The position numbers and the translations under genes were made by a program. DNA of 63,980 nt, filler included, from Porpidia crustulata (lineage: Eukaryota): NCBI GenBank assembly GCA_964255105.1. It is 7 parts of 7 records of this genome, joined end to end, with 100 filler letters (N's around TTAATTAATTAA, not from the genome) between each part and the next. Parts side by side here need not be neighbours in the genome. Positions count along the whole stretch, not along the records: positions 9,261 to 18,419 come from CAXUWE010000983.1; positions 18,520 to 27,667 come from CAXUWE010000984.1; 5 more parts are not named here. One strand, given 5' to 3'. The stretch's first letter is position 1. Each line of letters begins with the position of its first letter. This document shows positions 12,129 to 25,142 of the stretch, piece after piece. The notes beneath the pieces were generated by a model. The model saw only the letters and a list, made by a program, of their open reading frames with translations. It was not told where the DNA came from and made no database searches.

Positions 12129-15100
12129 CTAAGCAGCCGAAGAAACCGCTCGGCCACTGCTCCCAACTGGCCTCGGCCATTCCCTTCCCCTGTGACTTAA
12201 GTCAGTCCTAGCCGGCTCCTGCCAATCCTTCCACAACCACTGTTTCTGATACTCCTGTGGTATGTCCATCAAGTGGGGGGTTTGTGGTTGTGCATAGCTT
12301 GGTATCTGAGCTTTGGATCCTCTCCTTCTTGATGTGCCGGTCTTCGCAATACCTGCGCTAGCTTTGGCTTTCGTGCTCGATCCACCACCATCGGGTTTCT
12401 TGGAAACTTCTTTGACAATATCGGCAAGTTCCTTATCAGTAGTAGCAATCTGCGCTTTCAAGAAGTTGATGTCAGTCCGCTCGCGCAGCTCAGCCATAAC
12501 AGAGGGGCGGGGGGTGTATTGGTATTTGTCGAGATCAATGGGATTTTCTGGGATGATTTCAGGATCTAAATATGCTAGAGAGCCCTTGTCAAGTAATTGG
12601 TTGATGTTCAGGCTCTCCCCGTGTGGAATCTTGTTCGGATGGCTGGGCGTCACGCAGTCCATGTCCACCTCTTTCCTCAGCACGTGGTCAATATCTATAG
12701 CGCTGAAGTAAGCGCAGCTTTGCGGTAGATCGTTGATTCCCATCTGTTGGGAAAACATGGCTCTGGTCCAGAGATTCGCGGCCTGCAAAGCCATGGCACT
12801 ACGGTACTTGTCTTCTTCCTTGACCAAGTAGCGGATTTCATCGTGAACAGTGATGGCGAGACGAGCGTTGAGATTGTAGCGTCGAATGAGATAGTCCATC
12901 GAGATGATTAGAAGGTGGAGATAATCGACGCCAGAAGACTGGATGGCCCAGTTGATGCGGGATGTCATGAAGCCGCCTTTATTGATGAAGCGTCGCATAA
13001 GGGCTTCGGTAATGCCAGCACCTAGTACAGGCGTGCGCGGGCGCTCTTGCTCTGCGAATTCTTCCAAGCGATTGAAAACAAAAGACTCGGTTCCACCACG
13101 CCAAAATGAACGATCACTGAGTGCCTTTCTGGTGGTTTTCGTGCCTTTAGTTTCTTTGTATAGCCGAGTGGCAATTTCCTGGGTTTCTTTCTCGGAGAGG
13201 TTTGGATTGAATTGTCGTAGGAGGGTTGAAGCAAACTTTAAGCCTGCGCCATAGATGCGCCCGTAATTAAAGACTTTAGCATCATTTCGAGAAATTCCTA
13301 GAATTTTCGCGGTTTTGGAATGGAGGTCGGTTCCAGCAGCCTTCGTTCCCTCAAGAGTCATAAATCCGATTGCATTCCCGCCATGAAGTCGGAACTGAGC
13401 GTCTCCAACTAAGCTGGCAATCCAGAGCTCCTGAGAATCAACATCGGCGCCAACCAAGCAGTAACCGGGGGGCGCCTTGATCATTGACTTCAATTCCGAA
13501 CCAACCCTATTCGCTTTGGCATTGCTTGCAGTCAGCCAGGTGTTTTCGACGGCTCGACGGGTGATGGTTCCCATTGGAATGACTTGAGGTAGGATGTAGC
13601 CAAGCTCCTTGGAGGATTCAGACTTTTTCGACCCTACAGCGTCTCCTTCGTAAACAACCATTTGTGATCTTATACGGTCTCGTGCACTGATCCAGTACGA
13701 ACAAGAGGCATTCATCTCTAGAGCCTCCTTGGCGTATGAATACTCCGAGGACAACGTTCCATTCTCGAAGTACTGTAGGTATCCTTTGGCTAGTGGACTA
13801 GCACATCTTGCTTGTGGTCCATCCTTATGGGGCAACTTGAAGTATCGATGGTGGCTGTCGTCCCGAATATTCAGGTCCTTCTCATCGCTCATGTCGCAGC
13901 TTACGATAGGTTTATCATGGTATGACCATGCTGTGGCAAGTGGTACTTTGAAAGTCCAACCGTACTTGTCGGACCAGACGAGAGGGTATCCATCCCAAGA
14001 GAGTCGAAGTAGCAAAGGTGCAATACGCGTTCGTACCGTTAAGGCCATGTCTTCGGATTTGCTTGTAGGATACAGGTCTCTGCACCATTGGGGCATGCCT
14101 GGCTTCTTCTGTCGTGCTGCCGGCCTGGGAGGATCGCCTTTTTTCTTTCCCTTCACCATCTTTACCACTTGCCCTGACCAATCTAATTGGCGAAGCCAGT
14201 CATCTTTGACATATTCGCTTTGCTTGTCCTTTACTTCAAGCGCTTTATCCGCCAGGTCTCGGAGTCGTTGTTCAACAGTATCAGATAGCCGATTGTAGGT
14301 CGCTTCGGCGTTTTGGATGTATGATTCCCAAGACTTATCAACAGGCAAAATTACAGATGAAAGATGGCGAAGGGCCCCGAAGCTGACCGGATGAGGACAG
14401 ACCTCGAGAAACCCGGGGAATACCTTCTTGTAAACACGATGAGTAATTGATACATCGGCCGCACAATAGTCAAGTAATTCATCAAGCTTTTCCCGAATGC
14501 CTGCTCGGTCGAGTTCGCCGAATTGGTCTCGCTGCTGTTTATTGATGGTTACGTTGCAATGGAATTTTGCGACATCGCGTAGTGAATTGATGGAGCTCCT
14601 GCCAACCCATAACTCCTCCTCCTCCTCTTCGCTGAGCATCCTATTTTCGAGCAGAGCCGATAACTCAACAGAATTAGTCTCACTGGCAATCTTATCCCTT
14701 ATATCCCGGTTCTTCTTATGCTTCATCCAAGTTGGTCTCTGTCTTGAGCACATGCCATTAACGGCAACATGCAGTGACATGGTGTCCATGAAGAAATTCT
14801 TGGATTGCTTCATATCATATTCCTCCGCTATTCGCGCCCGATCATAGCCAATATTGTGTCCAACTATCACGCGCGGCTGAACCGGGTTGCCCAGGGGTAT
14901 AAGGTGTCTGTCAGACTCCGATTCTCCTAACAGCCAGGGCGACAACCACGCGTACCATGCCGTATCACTGGCACCACACGCCATGACAGCGAATGAACTC
15001 TCCTTCCACATAACTTCAGTATCAAAGGTTAGCATCTCCTCCTGCGGTGCTTCCACCGCTTCGCTTGTACCATCCTCATGATATTTGGTCCACCCGCTAC

Positions 15101-15652
15101 GCCTCTCCCATTTTTTAGGTGGGCGCGGAAGATCAATGCTAGCATATTTTTGTGCGAGACTGAAATAAGGCTCTGATGCATCTCTGCCTATTTTATAAAA
15201 GTGTTCGTCGAGCGTAGACCCATTGAGGGTGGGAAAATCAAAAGCGATAGGCGGTGAAGTCTCCTGGTTTTTACCCCATAGTTGATGCTTGCTCAGATGG
15301 TCCTTGCTGAGGTCTATCAAATATTGAGGCGGAACGGTTGGTGGATCTGAAAAGACCTGAGAATGGACCTGGCTGCTAAGTTGCTGAATCCCTATATCAT
15401 TATACCTCGAGGTCGCTTCCACTACTCTGTTGTCAGCTTTGCAGTGTAGATGAGCAGCCCGAGTAATTCACCAGAGAGACTGTGAATCGGCGCTTTCACA
15501 GCCGGCTTAATGATGTCCACTTTCGCTGCATATTGTCGCCGCACAAATCGCCTCACGCGATGAGCACTGAAATTTGCGCGGCACGGATGAAGAGTCCTGG
15601 GAAGCCAATTACTGACAGATGCTCTCGTAGTGCTCTGAAAAGAGCAGAGCAT
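12129..15652 (-). CDS. MIP1: Mitochondrial DNA polymerase gamma, exons 15652-15472, 15421-12129
   Basis: Exonuclease motifs TFDTE, GHNIGYDRAR, YCAADV. Polymerase motifs GADVDSQE, RNDAKVFNYGRIYGAG, ITVHDEIR. Exon 1 is an Arg/Ser-rich presequence. Confidence 0.98.
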
Positions 15653-15995
15653 GCTCGTTCATGTGATGCAAGATGAATTCATGCCAACTTCAGGTGTAGG
15701 AGCATAGTAAAGTGCCACTAATTGCTATCGCTAGCTGTCAGTGTGCAAGATATGATTCTAGCCTATCATAGCGTAGCAAGCGCCGTAAACTCCGAGCTGA
15801 TTAAGGCCGAGGGGCAAGTCCTTGAATTCTAGCATGGCGAGACAGCAGTGTGCACACAAAGACGTAGGCTGGGTTCACCACAACACGCTGATGAAGCTCC
15901 CTCTTCTCGGCGAGGGTGTAACAGAAGGACTACTACTGTTTCCAAAGACTTATTTTCCACGTCGATCTGCGGAAACAAAGCCAAAACTAAAGCGG

Positions 15996-17223
15996 ATGGA
16001 AGAATCAGACCCGGTTCGTGATCCAACTCTTTGGGATCCTTCATCACCTCTACCATGGGTCGATACCTCCTCTGGAAATGAAACGGGTAATATGTGGAGA
16101 GCTTCGTTCCGGTCAAATGACCATCTCGCACCACCAAGACCAAATCCTCATCCTCCACCTTCGTTCCATCCTCGAAATGAATTCACATCACATCAACCTC
16201 AGTACACAAATTCACCTTTAAATCCTTCGTCACGAACGCCACATCGAACCTCTTCTCAGTTTGATCTGCCTAACTTCCCTCTCCAAAGATCACCAAACAT
16301 TGAAGCACATTTCCCTCTTCCAAGGTCGCCGAACGGACTAAACCGCACAGACGATGATATATATTCATCTTATAGGGAATTAGCGGGCTCACCATTACAA
16401 CTACCGAGCATTAATGCTTTTTCCGCAAACGACTTTGCTCCCATATCACGTCCACCTTCCAGGTTTTCTTGGGATTTCGACGGGACTTCTCTTTTTGGGT
16501 CACCAGCCTGGGCAACCATGGAAGAGTCTACGACACAACAGTCTAACACTCAGGAAATAAATGCTCAAGAGACTACCGCTCCGGAATCTAGTTTTCAACA
16601 ATACAACGGCTTTGTCGATCTCACTGCCGAATCACCTACTATGCCTCCCAATCGAAAGCGAAAAACTTCAGTGGCTGAGTCAAAGTCGGTGAAGAGGGGA
16701 CGAACAGCGGGTGATAAATCGCAGGATATTCAAGTAAAAGGCGAGAATAGCCAAGTCGAGGAAGTGGATCTAAGAGAGGTGGACGATGATAACGGTTTGA
16801 GCAAACTGCTTGAGCAACAGCGCGTGGCAGCTGTGAAAGCACAGCAGGAGCAAGCCAATAAGCCTTTGAAGCTGTCGAATTTACAATGTATAATCTGCAT
16901 GGAGCCAATGACGAACATCACCGTCACGCACTGTGGTGCGTTCTAGTTCTATGCACCACAAACAATGGTCGGATGATTTGCTAATGAACTAAATCTATCT
17001 AGGCCACCTTTTCTGTCACACGTGTATTATGGAAGCTCTAATAGCAGGGGAGCAGCAAGGCCCAGATCCTGGAAAGGGAACTCCCAAGTGTCCCGTCTGC
17101 CGCAAGAAAGTCATCAGGCCAAGGGATGGCAAGACCACCCACCACCTGCTACCTCTGGAGATCAAATTGTTGACGAAGGGCAATTTGGCAAAGGGGAAAG
17201 GACGGGCTACTACAGAGATTTAG
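15996..17223 (+). CDS. C3HC4 RING protein with SUMO-interacting motifs (Slx8/Rfp-like STUbL), exons 15996-16935, 17003-17223; start could be further upstream
   Basis: Spliced RING CIIC..THCGHLFCHTC..CPVC. SIM-like FVDLT and VEEVDL. Basic NLS-like RKRK. Confidence 0.8.
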
Positions 17224-17873
17224 GTTCAACACCACAGATTTCAACGACGAAATCTTGCATACAGCTGGCGCTCAATGAATGGATTTTTCCTACAGCATTG
17301 CGAGTTCGGGAGATACCCTATCAAATCTGAAGATGCGTCGCATGGATAGAGCTGGGCAGCCAGGGCCTAGTGAATGTTTGTTCTCGGACCACCAGCTGAC
17401 TGCGTCTTCCTTTGGAACTTTGGAAGGGCAACATTTATCAGATTAATCAACAGATGTACTCAAAAGCTATATATATCGGAAGCCAGTAATATGATGGTGG
17501 TGCTTGAAGCATCCGTATAATTCCTCATGTCCGTCTCCTTTTACCTAAAAGGATCTTTCTTGGTCACGTGCGATAATTTTGCAGAAGCGACCTGTCATGA
17601 TCGCCAGTTGACGCACAGCAGCAGTAATATTGTCCACCTGTATTTCAGACTGTAGGGACAGCCAATTTCGATGATTTCCCAAATTCTGCTGACAAATGAG
17701 TCTCTGATGTATTTATATTGTTCTTCTATGCACTCCAAGGTACAGAACATTTGTTGAACAGCACAGAGTTCTACTTACTCTCCCAACCCTTACACAAAAA
17801 GCGCAATTGATATCTTGCCTCATCTCCTATCTCACGCTCTTTTTTCTCGAGCTAAACGAGATAGTTCACAGCT

Positions 17874-18419
17874 ATGCAAGATACAGACACTGCTCCCACA
17901 CCGCGCCGCAAGCTTGTAATCTTTTACGGTGGGAGTGCCGCCAATAGCCTTGTTGATGTCTTCGATGAGGTTATCAACAACAACAATTACTCCTTGAGCT
18001 ATGTCATTCCCATCAGTGATAATGGCGGCTCATCTAGCGAGCTTATACGTGTATTTGGTGGACCTGGGATCGGAGATGTCAGAAGTGAGTGGTTTCAAGG
18101 ATTCTCTGTACTTCGAAACTTTCAGCAGCGATTGGCCGTCTGGATTTGCCCTTTTTTCTGCTTTGTCAGTTGGAATTTCCTTGTGTCAACCACGACAGCT
18201 TCTTTCGTACATTGTTCATACTCCATTTTGGGGTTCACCAATCGCCTTTTGATCAAATAGGACGCTAATTCTTCTTGTTCTAGGTCGTCTAGTCCGCCTG
18301 ATCCCTTCCACCCACGCCCCTATCCGTGCCCTGTTCAACCACCGGCTCCCGCCGTCCCCAGCCCTAGCTTCGGAAGAATTCCTCACCCTCTTGACTGGCA
18401 TATCCCCTCTGTACACCCC
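17874..18419 (+). CDS. CofD/UPF0052 (YvcK/YNL011C-like) protein, 5' part; exons 17874-18084, 18284-gap
   Basis: GGSAAN and IPISDNGGSSSELIRVFGGPGIGDVRS, spliced to RLVRLIP..ALFNHRL. Truncated by the contig end. Confidence 0.88.
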
Positions 18420-18519
18420 NNNNNNNNNNNNNNNNNNNNNNNNNNNNNNNNNNNNNNNNNNNNTTAATTAATTAANNNNNNNNNNNNNNNNNNNNNNNNN
18501 NNNNNNNNNNNNNNNNNNN
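18420..18519. other. Artificial contig spacer
   Basis: 44N-TTAATTAATTAA-44N. Confidence 0.98.
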
Positions 18520-20207
18520 GAGGCGGGAGAGCCCGGGTTGGGCGAAGCCGGAGACTGGCTGTTTTTGGGTGGCGCCTCCTTTGATACTTTTGGGCAGATG
18601 CTTGTTAGCGCGCCTCGGACCATCGATTCTGCGTTTCGAGACTTACGTTCCGCCAACCTGGGCGACGACCGCGGTTGGGACCGTGTAGGAAGGTGCAGAC
18701 TGGTTGTAAAAGGTCCCGAATGTTCCGTTCGACATGTCGAAGATCTCGACGCCCTTGGACTCTGTATCGCAAGGCGCGGCTGTCGAGTTAAAGGTCGTTG
18801 AACCGCCTACGGATAGCATCAATCGAGACCCGAGCCGATGGCAGGTATGGCTATGGCGAGGACTGTTGCCTTGGTATACTTTGATCCAAATGAAAGATGG
18901 CAGGGAAAGCACATAGATGTCGTCGAAGACGGTGTTGTTCAAACCTCTGCCTCCATAAATGTAGCTGATGGAATTAGTTAGCTGATCTAGAATCACAGCA
19001 TGGAGTCTTGAAAGAGGCTTACATGTTGTGAGTGGAACCATCTGTTGAAGAGGCGAGGAATAGACAAGCGTCTATACGCCCAGCTGGAATGTCACCCGTC
19101 GCCTGTTGCCTGTACCACGTCCCGTTCGGTGTACTTCCATGATATAAGGAGGAAACATCAAAGACGTCGATCTGATCCATGGGAACCTGTCTCAGAGTCA
19201 ATCCATCGGCTCTATCCCACGCCGCTGCGATTCAGTGCTTACCAAGTCCCCAACCACGTCTGCATTGCTGGCCGTACTGAGAGGCTTTTGATTTCCGCCA
19301 ATTTGTACCATTATACCATTCGGACCCACTCCAATGACATATTGCAAAAGACCTCTTGTTCGCGGCCTATCCGGACTGAGTCCATAAGTGGAAACGTTCC
19401 TTGCGGTCTGATTGTTCGTGTTGATGACTATCATGCCTCCAAGCCATATCCTGTTGCCGTCTCCAAGTCCTGCAGTATCCAGCGAACTTGGTGAATCGAC
19501 TTCACCATTCAAGTAAAATGCTAGCCCTTGATCACGCGCTTCTGTCGAGGAGCCGCTACTGGGCCTATCGATTAGAGCGCCCAACGCTAAATCAAAGTGA
19601 TTCCATTCCTTGGAGATGATGTTAAATGACCACAACGCATTGGTTCTCAAGGCAGGTTGCTGGAAGCCTGGAAAGCTGGTGTTTACAAAAGACGTGGTTC
19701 CCCCGAAAAGATAGATATTGTTATCATCTTCCGTCCCATGAAAAAGAGCTCCATTGATCACTACTGGCGGGGTGAGCCCAGTCTGAGAGTTGGCGCTTTT
19801 GATTATAGATTTCTCGGAGATATTGGTTTTCCAGTCCCAAGAGCTACCCGTATCAACACCAATGAGATAATTGTCTAAGATAATGAGTGTGCGATCCAAA
19901 AACCCCACTTGGGGAATGCTCACTGTAGCCAGCCGTGATATTGCCAGTTTGTGATGTTGTGTTTGTCACCGTGTTATTCACAATATCAGTGAAGGTTTCA
20001 AGGCCCCCATCGATGTACAGCATATTATTCTTGATGACAGCTTTTGGATGTCAGAACCCAGGACGAGTGTTTGAGTGGTGCAGAACAGCACCTACATTGA
20101 TGATCCCATCGATTACACATGTTGATGATAGGATCCAACTGTTGCGCGCACACGCTGGCTATAACCGCCAACAAGGCAGCTGCAACAGCCACAACAGGCT
20201 TCTCCAT
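18520..20207 (-). CDS. Secreted or cell-surface kelch/galactose-oxidase-type beta-propeller protein, multi-exon, 3' truncated
   Basis: Signal peptide MEKPVVAVAAALLAVIASVCAQQ. Spliced segments MLYIDGG, IYLFGG, GLAFYLNG, IYGG..FDDIYVLSLPSFIWIKVY..PRHSHTCH and GGATQKQP. Many N-x-S/T sites. Confidence 0.8.
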
Positions 20208-21574
20208 CCTGGGCTTCGGACATCTGGCACAAAGAAAGTTCAAAGACATTGAAAACCACTAGCACGCAAAGCAAGGCGAAAAGGGACGCTCATCAATCCG
20301 CAACCAGACGACCATTGCAGAGAATCACGGGAAGCTAGAAAGCACCATAAAAAGTGGAGCATGGTGTTTATCTTGAATGGAGACTTGAAAGAGGTTTCCT
20401 CTGTCTTATAGATTACTATGCAGATGGGACTGTGATTCCGCTAGTGCGAAGTTCTGCCAACGAAATTCCAGATGAGCGCCATCGATTTGGCTCAGTTGAG
20501 AGTCTACGCATGTTACAAGCCCCGGCAAGAGGATACCGAGAGACGGCGACCTCTACTATTCAAGCGATGGTAATTCAGCGGAAGGATACCATTGCCGAGT
20601 GGGTAGAGTTAGGCGAGTTGAAGATTCAGTACTTTGATTTGATGGTGGGAGTTGACCATCCAATAGATCAGTACGGAGCGACTTGTAGTATTGTCAATGT
20701 AGTGGTATCGTGTGGGTGACGTGGGATAAGTGTAAGTATCTCGATGGAGTTGAGACCTGGATTGAGAGTATAGTCTCTAATCGCACGGCAGGGGGACCAC
20801 TCAAAGCGGGATACTGGCCAATGCAGTCAGCGTACTAGCGTGCACAGTCAGATTCTCTCCACAGTCTGCAGTAATCACATAGGCCCTGCAAAGTCAGAGA
20901 GTACTGTATTTCGTAATGGTTGCTGTTGCAAAGTGCCCCAGTGGATCAGCTGATGGAAGGGTCATATAAAATACCCAATTGAGAAACAACCATGTAGACG
21001 ATTCCGCACGTCTGTGGGGGGACTCTACGTCTGCTTTCCTCAGTGACGCGACATCTCATTTTAGGTATCTCATGCTGCCGATTACCTCGATGAAAATTAG
21101 AACATTCCTCTCGATCGCAATCGATTTTGAAAAATACTCGTCCGCCTACCCACTCGCTCCCGTCGTACAGATTTGGGGATGTGTCAAGATCTGGCGCCAA
21201 CCTTTCTGGTCTGGTGTACGTGCGTTGTCCAATCAAGGGCCACGGCTTTGTGCATTTGGTAAGGTTGGCATCTCCGATTGCCTACTTTACCTTATTTTTA
21301 ATGCCCACAAGATACCTATTCCAGCGGCACTTTTATCATGCAATACCTTCCGATAGGTCACACTTTCCCTCCTCATGACCGAGGATATAAACAGGCTTCT
21401 TGGCCGCATTCGAGAAGCCTTACTGCCGATTTTTCGCCTCTCAAGCCGGTGGCTTGCATCAGCGGTGAGCCGGCGATGATGTCCTTGGCCGGGCTCAGAC
21501 AAGAGGTGCCATGTAAAGGCTACCTTATCAAGATGTACTTGAGGAGTATGCTTTTCCCGCATCCGTAATCGACT

Positions 21575-24500
21575 TCAGGACCCTCCGGCGTATAAAGCGG
21601 GCTGCTCCATGACTGACGGCGATTTAAGAGCTAAACTTACCAACACCTCCCTTGCAGTCTCGATTGCTGATTCCGGCATGCCTTCCAATTGTTAGCCAAG
21701 ATACTCCTGCTGTAGGTCCGCTGGAGAGCTCTTACCTGCGAGCCGCGCCACTTTCAAAGCATGCGAATTCCTATTGACGCCTCTTCGAAGGCGATGCACA
21801 TACGAGAAAGAGCCTGAAGCTCCCTCCATGACGTCCGTACAATAACAGCCTAGCTTCTCAAAATCTTTGGTCATGTCTGCCAGTGTATGGAAATGAGTCG
21901 CAAAAAGCGTTCGACATCTGTTCTTGTGGTAGAGGTGATGTAGGCAAGCATACCCGACCGCAACGCCGTCTTCGGGGGTCGTCCCACGTCCGATCTCATC
22001 CATGATCACAAAGGATCGAGGAGTGGCCTGGTTCAAGATCGCTGCAGTTTCAAGCATCTCCACCATGAAAGTAGATTGATCTCGAAACAAGTCATCCGCT
22101 GATCCGACTCTGGTGAAGATCTGATCGACGAGTCCAATCTCCGCGTAATCCGCAGGCACGAACGAGCCAACCTGAGCGAGGATGGAGATTAGGGCATTTT
22201 GCCGTAAGAACGTACTCTTTCCACCCATGTTTGGGCCCGTGATGAGCCAGATGCGCTCTTTGTCGCCTATGAGGCAGTCATTGCTTACAAAAGCCCTACC
22301 TTCTTCCTCGAGACCAAGTTTAACTGTGGGATGCCTCCCGCCAATGATCTTGTGGTCCGAATTAGGCTTCAGTGTAGGCCGGACGAACCCTTGCTCATCC
22401 GCGAGTGTTGCGAAGGAGCGGCCAATGTCAAGCTCATCTAGAACCGCTGCGTTTCGTCGTAACCGAACCAAATTCCGAACAACCTCCTCGCGCAACTCCT
22501 GAAAGACTCGCTGCTCTTCTGACCTTATTTGAAGCTTCACCTGATCAACCCTAGCACCAAGGTTGATCCAAGCAGGATGATAAAAGGATCGAGTAGACTT
22601 GGTAGTTTTGACATCACGGGTTCCAACGGATTGCTCAAGTGAAACTCGAACTTCTTTGACTCCTTTGACATGACAAATATGACCGAATCCAGGGGTCCAG
22701 CGCAATGTCAAGCTTTGCGCTCCTATGTGCTTAATATTATTATTCAATCCAAGCCTGGATATTGTGATTGGCATCTTACCGAGGGTAGCTCTTAGATTTG
22801 AGGTTAGAGACTCTTTCTCTGAGTACAGATCAACAAGCTTGTCATGAAGCTTTTGGAGTAAAGGACTTGCACTTAATTCTCACATTAGATCAGAAAGTTT
22901 TTATAAAGCATTGCTGCTCACCTTCGACGCATGACCCATGTATCTTGTTCATCAGAATCTTGTTCAGATGAAGTCTTGCTTGAGATCTTTGAGCGTACCA
23001 CCTGGGACAAGGCTTCTTGGTCTTCTGCCGAACCTTCGTTTTGCAGTACATCCTGAGCAATTGAAACCACACCTGCACTGTTACTTTCCTCGTTACGGTG
23101 AGTCTGCATTAATCCGTCCTCATCAATAGCTGCAGCAATGTTATTCGCAAGTTTATTGGGGCCTTCAAGAGACAGTCTGCCGCTCAAGTCCTTCAGCGAA
23201 TGGAGTTGTGACGAGCTTCCGTCTCCACTGATCGACTCCGGGTCTGGAGAAGATACATATTTGTCCAGCAGGCTAGCTATCTCTTTCGTTGCTTCTATTG
23301 TCCTGAGTAAACTCATCATGTCGTCGCCATTACCTCGACCCATGGAAAACTTCTGTACAAGGCGCTGGCAATCGTAACTGCGGCGAAGAAGATTCGTAAC
23401 CTCTTCCCTCAGAGCTTGATCATGTAAGAATTCAGATACCAGATCTAGCCTTGCGTTTATGACAGGTAAGGACATGGAGGGTGAAGCTACAAGAGTTAGC
23501 TGATGGCGAAGGACTCCATGTGAGAGCATCTCCAATGGTACTCGGCGAGCAAAGAGATTTGTATGTGTGGTATCAATGATTCGGACAACTTACCAATCCA
23601 ATCTTTTAGCAATCTCGTACCACTCTTGGTTACTGTTCGTCGTACCGTGTGTAGCAAACTTCCTTTCCCACCAGAGACCCCATCTCTTGACGTCTCCAGA
23701 ACTTCTAGGCCTCTCATGCTATTTCGATCAATTCCCATAGTCTCGGTGTCGAACCTTCGTACTGGAGGCTGCAGCTTAATCCCCAACCCTTGAAGTCTCT
23801 CAGACACGTAAGCCAGAAGAAGGCTGCCTGCTGAGATCTCCTCGACAGTAAATTTTGACTCGATTGCGGTCGGTATTGGCCTCTCTAGCATGGATTCCCA
23901 TGATGAGATTGAAAGCTCCTTGAATTGGCTGGGGTGATAAGTTACAAGGTGGCGTTCTTGGCTAAGGAGGTTCAAGAAATCATCGCGAGTAGTTTCGTCC
24001 AAGTCTTTTACCAGTATGATCTCTCTGGCACTAATCCGGGCTATGGCGGAAGGAAGTGCCCCTAAGTTGATAGTTTGCGTGAAGAAATCCCCTGTTGAAA
24101 GATCCAGCCAAGCGAGGCCCACAGACTGTGATAAATGCACAGGATCGGTTGTACCTTTGAGCAACTCAGCCGGTATTTCCTTCGATGTGTTTTTCGAGGA
24201 TTCGCCTTGGCCGGTGGGATGCAGGGCTAGCAGAAAGTTGTTCTCGTAGGGATCCATGAATTTCTCGTCAATCAAAGTTCCAGGAGTAATGATCCTTGTG
24301 ACTTTACGATCAAACATAAGTCCTCCAGACTTAACCTTACCGGAGGCATTATTGGGAAATTCTTCGCTGACGGCCACAAATTTGCTGAGATCTTGGACGA
24401 GGATCTTGAGGAAACGATCTAGTTGAAAGAAGGGAAATCCTGCCTAATATCATCAGCTCTGACTCAACTTCTGTAGTATCCATATTCTGAAACTGAATAC

Positions 24501-24977
24501 CATAGACACCGGGCCGGCAGTGGTCTTCTTCTGTGCCACCTTGAGATTGAGAAGTGGGCCATATTCATCTGCTTGCTCAAAATAAAGCTACAAGCGGTGT
24601 CAGTATGCTACGAAAGAAGTGTGCCCAAGAGTGTCCACCTCGTAGAAGCTGCCAACCCTCGTTAGCACAACGCTATTTTCGAACTTGCGCATGTTCCCTC
24701 GAGCCTGCTGAACAACGGCCGGATATCCTGACCCATCGTCTCTGATTTCTTCTAGCGGTTGCTTAGATTCCGGTCCAGCTTGTTGGAGTTCTCGCAGCGG
24801 CACCGTTGCCTTTGACTTTACTCCGCGCTTATACTTCCAAATCACGGGTTGGAGCCAAGGCCGCCGACGCCAGCGATTGGCAAGGCATAGAGTGCTACCC
24901 AGTCGACGGATTGGTCTATTCAAGGTCGTACTAATTGGTAGACGCAACTTCGATCTAGAGAAAATAATATTTTGCAT
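21575..24977 (-). CDS. MSH1: Mitochondrial MutS homolog 1, exons 24977-24639, 24587-24501, 24443-23594, 23486-22922, 22871-22780, 22722-21736, 21681-21575
   Basis: Mismatch-binding TRVGSFYE|LY, RIITPGTL, Walker A GPNMGGKST, STFMVEM, DEIGRGT, FATHFH. Basic N-terminal presequence. Confidence 0.96.
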
Positions 24978-25142
24978 AGTTGATTTCGCACTGAAACTGT
25001 ACCTTTAAATACCTACGCGACGCAATAACAGTAGCGCATATTACTGACAGGACGAGATTGATGGATCTACGGGACGAAATTGCCAAAACAATCCCGATTT
25101 GATTGAAGTAGATAATCTTAGATTGATTGCTAGCAGCGTCCA

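Noticed and set aside
12313..15081. Antisense ORFs over MIP1 (and similar ones over other genes)
   Set aside because: Shadow ORFs from codon bias of the real genes; no independent features.
10640..18419. Functional link between GPI12 and the CofD/YvcK-like gene via UDP-GlcNAc
   Set aside because: Separated by two unrelated genes; nothing beyond proximity supports it.
12129..24977. MIP1 + MSH1 as a mitochondrial DNA maintenance cluster
   Set aside because: They lie on different contigs, separated by the artificial spacer at 18420-18519.
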